Assembly (NCBI GenBank): GCA_905234665.1
Contig: CAJOIV010000008.1
Span: 1,799 to 65,798 of the forward strand
Direction of reading: 5' to 3'
DNA: 64,000 bases
Origin: an uncultured Bacteroidales bacterium
GTDB taxonomy: Bacteria; Bacteroidota; Bacteroidia; Bacteroidales; P3
Below the pieces are notes generated by a model. The model was not told the origin of the DNA, did no database searches, and saw only the letters and a list, made by a program, of their open reading frames with translations. Both the position numbers and the translations under genes were made by a program. Of the stretch, positions 46,338 to 53,263 are shown one piece after another; positions within the stretch are counted from its first letter, which is position 1, and every line of letters begins with the position of its first letter.

Positions 46338-47810
46338 ATGAAAAAGTCCCTCCTTCTCCTCTTCCTAATTCTCAATTGTCAATTCTCAATTGTCAATTCC
46401 CAGGAGTACCCCTTCATCCGTTATGAAGCCAACAAGGTGCAGTACGACACAGCCTCGGAGAGTATGCAGGCTTTCTTTGCCAAATGGCAGCGGGTGAACC
46501 AGATAGGGCAAGGGACCATCAATATTGTGCATATCGGTGGCTCGCATGTGCAGGCGGGGACTTTCCCCCACCGCGTGCGTTCCCGTATGCTGACAGACAA
46601 CCCCTCCCTCGTGGGTGGGCGTGGCATGGTGTTCCCCTATTCGGCGGCGGCCAAATGCAACAACCCGCCCGACTACAAGGTGCACTGTGCCGAGCCGGTG
46701 CAGCTCACGCGCAACGTCTATAAGACTATTGACCATCCCCTGGGGCTCTGTGGCATCGCCGTCACGGCCCACGACACCCCCACGCGGATACAGATTATCA
46801 ACAACGAGAGCCGCTTCAACTACGCCTCGTCGCACATCACCGTGCTGGGCTATTCGCCCGAGGGGGTCGTGCCGCGCCTGAGCTATGACGGGCGCGAGGT
46901 GCAGCCTTCCTATATCGACAGTGCCTCCCGCCGTTTCGTCTTCAACCTGCGGCAGGAAGTCGACTCCTTCGACATCGTGCTGCCCTGTCTGGAAGGTGAG
47001 TCCTTCACCCTTACGGGCGTGAGTCTCGGCAACCGCCGTCCAGGCATCTCCTACCACTCTATCGGCGTCAACGGCGCCGCCGTGCCCGACTACCTCAAGT
47101 GCGACTACCTGACTACCGACCTGCGTCTCGTGCATCCCGACCTGGTGGTCTTTGGCATCGGCATCAACGATGCCGCAGGCCCCAATTTCGACACCCTCGT
47201 CTTCAAGGAGAACTACCTGCGCCTGTGCGACTCCATCCGGCAGGCGAATCCCCGTTGTGCCTTTATCTTCATCACCAACAACGACAGCTACCGTCGCGTG
47301 GGTCGGAGGAAATACGCCGTCAACCACAACGGCCTTCTGGTCCGCGAGGTATGCTACCGGCTGGCCGCCGCGACAGGAGGTGCCGTGTGGGACCAGTTCG
47401 AGATTATGGGAGGGCTGAAGTCGATGGAAAAATGGCAGAAGGCAGGGCTGGCGCAGCGCGACAAGGTGCATTTCACCCGCGCAGGATACCTGCTCATGGG
47501 AGACCTGTTTTACGAGGCCTTCTGCCGTATGATTAAGGAGGCCAAAGTCTCCACCCCGGCCCAGGCTGCCCCGGCCCAGCCCCAGCAGGTGAACCCCAAA
47601 GCCCTCTACAGAAAGCCCTCGGCACCCGCCATTGCCAAGCCCGACACCACCCCGAAGCAGCAATCTGCCGACTCGACCAAGCCTGCAGCCCAAGCCAAAC
47701 CCGCCAAACGCACGCGCCCCAAGCATGCCACCATCCAACCCCCGGAACCCAAAGAAGATAACACTCCCTTCAGCATAGACGATGACAGATCTCCTTACAT
47801 ATCTCACTAA
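46338..47810 (+). CDS. SGNH-like hydrolase/acyltransferase family protein with a Pro/Ala/Lys-rich C-terminal tail
   Basis: VHIGGSH, FGIGINDA and DKVHF blocks. The signal peptide partly coincides with a 14-nt tandem repeat. The 3' end overlaps the MBOAT start by 29 nt. Confidence 0.65.
   Translation: MKKSLLLLFLILNCQFSIVNSQEYPFIRYEANKVQYDTASESMQAFFAKWQRVNQIGQGTINIVHIGGSHVQAGTFPHRVRSRMLTDNPSLVGGRGMVFPYSAAAKCNNPPDYKVHCAEPVQLTRNVYKTIDHPLGLCGIAVTAHDTPTRIQIINNESRFNYASSHITVLGYSPEGVVPRLSYDGREVQPSYIDSASRRFVFNLRQEVDSFDIVLPCLEGESFTLTGVSLGNRRPGISYHSIGVNGAAVPDYLKCDYLTTDLRLVHPDLVVFGIGINDAAGPNFDTLVFKENYLRLCDSIRQANPRCAFIFITNNDSYRRVGRRKYAVNHNGLLVREVCYRLAAATGGAVWDQFEIMGGLKSMEKWQKAGLAQRDKVHFTRAGYLLMGDLFYEAFCRMIKEAKVSTPAQAAPAQPQQVNPKALYRKPSAPAIAKPDTTPKQQSADSTKPAAQAKPAKRTRPKHATIQPPEPKEDNTPFSIDDDRSPYISH
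46367..46400. repeat. AATTCTCAATTGTC x2.4 tandem repeat inside the 5' end of a CDS
   Basis: Read directly. Encodes LILNCQFSIVNS. Complement orientation of the AATTGAR family. Confidence 0.9.
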
Positions 47811-49689
47811 CCTCTTCACCTACGACCAGGAGCACCCGCTGCTCTTCACCCAGTTCCACTTCTGGGCCTTCTTCTTCATTGTCTATGCCGGATTCTGCCT
47901 CATCGTCTCGTTCCGCGAACAACGGGAACGCGCCAAGCTCACCCACCTCCCGACGGGGCAGCGCATCAGCCGCGCCCGCCGCCTCTGGCGCAACGGCTAC
48001 CTCTTCTTCGTCAGCCTCCTCTTCTACTACAAGACCCAGGGGCAGTATGTGTGGCTGCTCATCTTCTCCACCGTCGTGGGCTACCTGCTGGGCATCCTCT
48101 TCGACCGGCTGGCGCAGCGGCAGGAGGAGTCGGGCAAGTCCACCCGGGGAATCCGCAAGGCACTGATGGTTGCGGGCGTGGTGGTCAACCTCGGCGTGCT
48201 CTGCTACTTCAAGTATGCCTACTTCTTCACCGACATCTTCAACACCATCACCCACCAGCACTACTCCATCGTCGAAGCCATCTGGCTCCCCGTGGGCATC
48301 AGCTTCTTCACCTTCCAGAACATCAGCTATATCGTCGATGTCTACAAAGGCAAAGTGCGCCATGCCGGCAACATCCTCGACTTCGGCTTCTACACCACCT
48401 TCTTCCCCCAACTCGTGGCAGGCCCCATCGTGCGCGCCGACCAGTTCGTGCCGCAGCTCTACAAACCCTACCACCTCTCGCGCCGCCAGTTCGGCATCGC
48501 CGTGTTCTGGATTCTCAACGGCCTCTTCAAGAAGCTCATCCTGAGCGACTACCTCGCCGTCTCCTTCGTCGACCGCGTCTTCGACAACCCGCTGCTCTTC
48601 ACCTCCTTCGAGAACTTCTCCGCCCTGCTGGTCTACTCGCTGCAGGTCTATGCCGACTTCTCGGGCTACACCGACATCGCCATCGGCGTGGCCATGCTCA
48701 TGGGCTTCTACCTGCCCAAGAACTTCAACTCGCCCTACAAGGCCACCAACGCCGCAGGCTTCTGGAAACGGTGGCATATCTCCCTCAGCAACTGGCTCAA
48801 GGACTACCTCTACATCCCCCTCGGCGGCAATCGCAACGCCACCCTCGGCACCTACCTCATCCTCGGCGTCATGCTCGTCGTCGTGGCCCTCATGGCGCAG
48901 ACTACCTGGGTCACGGTCACCGTCATCGCCGTCATCGCAATCCTCGCGGCGGTGTGGTATTTCTTCCCCAAGCACCGCAAGGAGTTCAACACCAACCTCA
49001 ACAACTTCGACACCATGCTCCTCGGCGGCATGTGGCACGGGGCTTCCTTCAACTTCATCACCTGGGGTGCCCTCAACGGTGGCGGCATCCTGGTCTACAA
49101 ATGGTGGAAGAAACTCGGCCCCAAGGCCCGCATCGCCTACAGCATAGGACTCTTCGTCGTCACCCACATCGCCTACCGCATCTACCCCTGCCCGGCCCTC
49201 AGCATGTTCCGCTACGCCTTCATGGTCATCGCCGCCGCCATCTTCATCCTCAACGTGGTGCCGTACCTCCGCGGCGACGCCTACCGCCCTTCGCGCTTCA
49301 AGAACGGCCTCACCCTGGTGTGGAACACCTTCCTGACCTTCATCTTCATCAGCTTCACGCGCCTCTTCTTCCGCAGCGGATCCAACCTCGACCCCGCCGA
49401 GGCCAACGAGGTGGCCTGGCGCACGGCCACCCAGATGGTCGAGCGCATCGGCGGCCAGTGGAACTGGCAGCAGGTGCCCGCCATCCTCGACAACTACAAG
49501 GCCGTCTTCCTCGTCTTCCTCGCCGGCATGGTCATCCACTGGCTCCCTGAGCGTTTCAAGCGCCGCTACCGTCTCTGGTTCGCCGGCATGCCCCTGTGGC
49601 TGATGCTCCTCGCCGTGGTGGCCGGCGTGGTGGTGCTATACCAGTTCATCTCGGCCGACCTGCAGCCGTTCATCTATTTCCAATTCTGA
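47782..49689 (+). CDS. MBOAT-family membrane-bound O-acyltransferase (AlgI/PatA/DltB-like)
   Basis: Polytopic. FWKRWHISLSNWLKDYLYIPLGGN carries the conserved MBOAT His region. Confidence 0.88.
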   Translation: MTDLLTYLTNLFTYDQEHPLLFTQFHFWAFFFIVYAGFCLIVSFREQRERAKLTHLPTGQRISRARRLWRNGYLFFVSLLFYYKTQGQYVWLLIFSTVVGYLLGILFDRLAQRQEESGKSTRGIRKALMVAGVVVNLGVLCYFKYAYFFTDIFNTITHQHYSIVEAIWLPVGISFFTFQNISYIVDVYKGKVRHAGNILDFGFYTTFFPQLVAGPIVRADQFVPQLYKPYHLSRRQFGIAVFWILNGLFKKLILSDYLAVSFVDRVFDNPLLFTSFENFSALLVYSLQVYADFSGYTDIAIGVAMLMGFYLPKNFNSPYKATNAAGFWKRWHISLSNWLKDYLYIPLGGNRNATLGTYLILGVMLVVVALMAQTTWVTVTVIAVIAILAAVWYFFPKHRKEFNTNLNNFDTMLLGGMWHGASFNFITWGALNGGGILVYKWWKKLGPKARIAYSIGLFVVTHIAYRIYPCPALSMFRYAFMVIAAAIFILNVVPYLRGDAYRPSRFKNGLTLVWNTFLTFIFISFTRLFFRSGSNLDPAEANEVAWRTATQMVERIGGQWNWQQVPAILDNYKAVFLVFLAGMVIHWLPERFKRRYRLWFAGMPLWLMLLAVVAGVVVLYQFISADLQPFIYFQF

Positions 49690-49908
49690 CGCCATGGCCA
49701 TGACCCGCCTGCACTATTGGCTGCACGCCCAGACCCAATACAACCTCCATTCGCCCTTCCTCTTCGACATGTACCGCGAGGTCCTCTTCGCCCGCCTCAC
49801 CCCCGAAGAGCGCCGTCGCCACGGCATCCCCCGTGGCGACCGCTACCGCGAACTCCTCTACAAATGCTGCAACCACTACCACCTCCAGCCCGCAACCCCC
49901 AACAGCCC

Positions 49909-49980
49909 CTGACCGCGCCAGCCACTCCTCCCCTAAGTTAGGGGAGGTGCCCCAACGGGGCGGAGGAGTGTGTCAAACCC
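49909..49980. repeat. 72-bp structured dispersed repeat, copy 2
   Basis: See 41682-41753. Its inner hairpin is GCCCC-AAC-GGGGC. Confidence 0.85.
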
Positions 49981-49994
49981 TCCTGACCCCCACC

Positions 49995-50029
49995 CAATTT
50001 TCAATTCTCAATTCTCCATTCTCAATTCT
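49995..50029. repeat. C(A/C)ATT(C/T)T x5 tandem heptamers (complement orientation of AATTGAR)
   Basis: Read directly. Confidence 0.9.
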
Positions 50030-50195
50030 CCTCCTCTCCCGTCCCCACGCCACCCCCGCCGCCGAGCGGCAATGGGAGACCCTCAAGGCCGACCCCACCT
50101 ACCAAGTCAGCCTCGACCTCTACGACGTCGCCCTCCTCATCCGCAACCCCCACCTCACCCCCCAGCACCTCCTGCTGCGGTAGTGGAAGAGGGTG

Positions 50196-51412
50196 TATAG
50201 TAGCGTGCCTCCGGCACGCAGGTGAGGGGTGCCCTCACCTAACCCCACACTGCGCCAGAAGCACGTGACCGCGCCCTGCGGCCGCGCCCCCGCGCTTCTG
50301 TCTTAGTGCGGGGTTAATAGGATAATGTGCCTCCGGCACATGTCAGATACCTGTCATACCGGCCTGGTGAGGGTAGTATCTGCCACCCATGCCTGGGCTA
50401 GCGCGGTGTCCATACCTATGGCTGCCGTGCGTGCCGAAGGCACGCCATCCTATTAACCCCTCACAAGCGGCAGAGCCGCGCAGTGTGGGGCAGCGCAGTG
50501 TGGGGTATGGAAGCCTCCTCCCCTCCGCGTGCCGGAGGCACAAAACCCATTGTCTCACGTTATCCCTCCATGAGTTACACCACCTCCTACTACCATATTG
50601 TCTTCCGCACCTACCGCAGCGAGCCCACCATCGTCGCCGACCACGAGCGCGAACTCTACGCCTACCTCTACGGCATCGCCAGGAACCTCCGCTGCCAGAC
50701 CTACCGCATCGGCGGCATGTCCGACCATGTCCACCTGTTCGTCTCCCTGCCCTCCACGCTGCCGCTGGCGGAGTTCGTGCAACGCCTCAAGACAGACTCC
50801 AGCAAGTGGCTGAAGGCCAACCCCGACTTCCCCCACTTCCGGGGCTGGGGGCATGAGTATGCGGGATTCAGCTACAGCCTGCGCGACAAGGACATGATTG
50901 TGGGCTACATCATGCGACAGAAGGAGCATCACCGGCGGGTCACCTTTGCTGAGGAGTATCGTGCCTTCCTCGAGGAGAACGGCATCGCGGTGGACGAGCG
51001 GTACTTCCTCAAGGACGAGTAATGACGCAGAGATATAGTAGCGTGCCTCCGGCACGCGGGTGAGGGGAGGACCTCACCTAACCCCACACTGCGCCAGAAG
51101 CCCTTGACCGCGCCCTGCGGTCGCGCCCCCGCGCTTCTGTCTTAGTGCGGGGTTAATAGGATAATGTGCCTCCGGCACATGCTGAAGCCATCACAGTGTC
51201 TATACCTATGTCTACCCCGCGTGCCAAAGGCACGCCATCCCATTAACCCCTCACAAGCGGCAAAGCCGCGCAGTGTGGGGTATAGCAGCCTCTCCTCTCC
51301 CTGCGTGCCGGAGGCACGCCATCCTATTAACCCCTCACTAAGCGGCAGAGCCGCGCAGTGTGGGGTATAGCAGTGACCATATCTATGTCCACCCCGCGTG
51401 CCGAAGGCACGC
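50196..51412. mobile_element. REPtron-like unit: RAYT gene flanked by clustered REP hairpins and two about 147-bp direct repeats
   Basis: Direct repeats 50196-50342 and 51034-51182. Nine copies of a 17-nt hairpin (G/A)(C/T)GTGCC-NNN-GGCAC(G/A)(C/T) at 50203, 50325, 50429, 50527, 51041, 51164, 51219, 51303 and 51396. Inverted partial copies containing GCGCAGTGTGGGG. Confidence 0.75.
50570..51022 (+). CDS. REP-associated tyrosine transposase (IS200/IS605-type Y1 HUH enzyme)
   Basis: MSYTTSYYHIVFRTYRSEP..., HUH motif DHVHLFV, catalytic Tyr region YIMRQKEHH. About 150 aa from the ATG at 50570. Confidence 0.85.
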   Translation: MSYTTSYYHIVFRTYRSEPTIVADHERELYAYLYGIARNLRCQTYRIGGMSDHVHLFVSLPSTLPLAEFVQRLKTDSSKWLKANPDFPHFRGWGHEYAGFSYSLRDKDMIVGYIMRQKEHHRRVTFAEEYRAFLEENGIAVDERYFLKDE

Positions 51413-51447
51413 TACCCTCAGGGCGCTCTCCGTGCGCCCTGTGTATT

Positions 51448-51545
51448 TAGATTGTAGTTATATTGAACTTATATTGTAGTTATATTATAGTTATACCAAT
51501 ACTTCACGTATAACTATAATATAACTACAATATAACTGTAATATA
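51448..51545. repeat. Inverted arrays of an AT-rich 11-mer TATATTNNAGT (4 units, 11-nt loop, 3 units), including a perfect 28-bp stem
   Basis: Left units at 51448, 51459, 51470 and 51481. Right units (complement) at 51513, 51524 and 51535. Perfect pairing between 51469-51496 and 51508-51535. Confidence 0.9.
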
Positions 51546-51812
51546 AGTGCCGAGGGAGATGGTAGGGGGCTGGGAGAGAGTGGGGGAGGAGTGGGATGGG
51601 GGCTACAGGGGAAGACAAAGCCAAGAATTAGCAGTTGTAGACAATAATATAGTGAAAGATGCGTTATTGTGGCCAAAAGTAGAATAGTGATGCTTGTTTT
51701 GCTTGATAATACACAGATGGAGTGTTCCTCGGCGTGGATGCCGGAGGGCGATATGCCCACGATGGTAAACGAAGCCGTGACATTCCACGAGGTGCTGAGG
51801 GCACCGTGACAA

Positions 51813-51884
51813 TTGTAGGGGCGTACCCCTGTGTACGCCCACTGCACAGATAGTTCGGGCGTACACAGGAGTACGCCCCTACAA
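51813..51884. repeat. Inverted pair of GGGCGTAC-N6-GTACGCCC hairpin elements (28-bp arms, 1 mismatch, 16-nt loop)
   Basis: TTGTAGGGGCGTACCCCTGTGTACGCCC ... GGGCGTACACAGGAGTACGCCCCTACAA, read directly. Confidence 0.85.
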
Positions 51885-51915
51885 GGTTTCGTTATCAACC
51901 AATCTCATCAATCCA

Positions 51916-52314
51916 ATGCTGAAAAGACTTTTCGTGGTCATGCTTGCACTTTGCATGACCAGTGCCATAACGGCACAAAACATATGTTCCCTACGCGGGC
52001 AACTCTTCGCCAATGCCGTCTACCGCAGCCGCACACAGACACTCCTTGCCGAGGTAGACCCCTACTTCACGCTCGACTGCGGTGTCAGCACCGACCTCTT
52101 CGACAAACGATTGTCACTCTTTTTGAACGTCAACGACCTCTTCAACACCGTCCGCACCGGCGGCGAGAGCGTCAACCCCTACAACCCCTCCACTTCGGAG
52201 AGCGTACATACCTCACGTTACGTCTCTTTCGGTCTCACCTGGCGACTTGGACGCACTGAGATGGAAGGCCAGCAGACCCGTGACAAGAAAGGCTCCCGCC
52301 ACAAAGGACGGTAG
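51916..52314 (+). pseudogene. Signal peptide fused to only the last beta-strands of an outer-membrane beta-barrel (TonB-dependent-receptor-like) protein
   Basis: MLKRLFVVMLALCMTSAITAQ, then ...LSLFLNVNDLFNTVR...RYVSFGLTWRLG, which looks like a C-terminal barrel end. 132 aa is far too short for a barrel. Confidence 0.45.
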
Positions 52315-52359
52315 CGAATATTCCAGGGGGTGACACAATAATACGGCGGGGGGTGCGTT

Positions 52360-53130
52360 ATGGAAAGGAGAAAAGCAGTGTACACTATGAAACTGGAAGA
52401 TATCGACAAGAGCTGCGTGCCGGTGCATGTGGCCATCATCATGGACGGCAACGGACGCTGGGCTCAGAAGCAGTCCCACAAACGCATCTTCGGGCATCAG
52501 CATGCCATGACCGCCGTGCGGCAGGCTGTGGAGGCCGCTGTGGCCTCCGGTGTGAAATACCTGACCCTTTACACCTTCAGCACCGAGAACTGGAACCGTC
52601 CGCAGGACGAAATCGACGGCCTCATGGAGCTCCTTATCAAGGCAGTGAACGACGAGACGAAGACCCTCATGGACAACAATGTGCGCCTCCAGACCATCGG
52701 CGACATCGGGCGCATCCCCGAGCGGTCGCGCAAGACCCTTTTGGGTTGCATCGAGACCACCGCGCACAACACCGCCATGACCCTCGTCCTGGCCCTCAGC
52801 TACAGTGCCCGCTGGGAGACCGCCGAGGCCCTCCGAACCATCGCCAAAGAGGCTGCTGAAGGCCGCCTCGCCCCGAAGGATATAACCGAAGACACTTTGC
52901 GCAACTACCTTGCTACCAAGGACTACCCCGACCCCGACCTGCTTATCCGCACCGGCGGAGAACTCCGCATCAGCAATTTCCTTCTTTGGCAGATGGCCTA
53001 TACCGAGTTTTACTTCACCGACCTCCTCTGGCCCGATTTCCGGCACGAGCACTTTTACGAGGCCATCGTCGACTACCAGCACCGCCAGCGCCGCTTTGGC
53101 AAGACGGGTGACCAGGTCCAATCCCGATGA
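52360..53130 (+). CDS. uppS: Isoprenyl transferase (undecaprenyl-diphosphate synthase)
   Basis: HVAIIMDGNGRWA, TLYTFSTENWNRP, IRTGGELRISNFLLWQMAYTEFYF. Confidence 0.92.
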   Translation: MERRKAVYTMKLEDIDKSCVPVHVAIIMDGNGRWAQKQSHKRIFGHQHAMTAVRQAVEAAVASGVKYLTLYTFSTENWNRPQDEIDGLMELLIKAVNDETKTLMDNNVRLQTIGDIGRIPERSRKTLLGCIETTAHNTAMTLVLALSYSARWETAEALRTIAKEAAEGRLAPKDITEDTLRNYLATKDYPDPDLLIRTGGELRISNFLLWQMAYTEFYFTDLLWPDFRHEHFYEAIVDYQHRQRRFGKTGDQVQSR

Positions 53131-53263
53131 TGAGAAAAAAAATGTCGCTTTGTATAATAAAAAGGACAATTTGGAGTTACTAATGCATTATAGGTACAAG
53201 TGTGCATTGCCACTTGTGCACTGCATACGTTAGACATAAAGACACATAAAGCATAGATACTGA

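Larger units (their letters stand above)
49694..50183 (+). pseudogene. Decayed gene: N-terminal and C-terminal ends of a small methyltransferase-like protein joined by repeat DNA
   Basis: N-terminal piece MAMTRLHYWLHAQTQYNLHSPFLFDMYREVLF (frame of 49694). C-terminal piece ...ERQWETLKADPTYQVSLDLYDVALLIRNPHLTPQHLLLR* (frame of 49833). The middle is occupied by the 72-bp repeat and a heptamer array. The family resemblance is from memory only. Confidence 0.4.

Noticed and set aside
49717-50200. Pro-rich ORFs 49717..49941 and 49970..50200, and the 50389..50856 ORF
   Set aside because: They are off-frame readings of the decayed gene, the repeat DNA and the RAYT 5' region, with extreme Pro/Arg content. 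The RAYT frame from 50570 explains the coding signal.
51491-51898. 135-aa and 87-aa minus-strand ORFs across the repeat zone
   Set aside because: They run through the 11-mer inverted arrays, a purine-rich tract and the GGGCGTAC hairpin pair. Their composition is low-complexity (PSP repeats). They are most likely non-coding.
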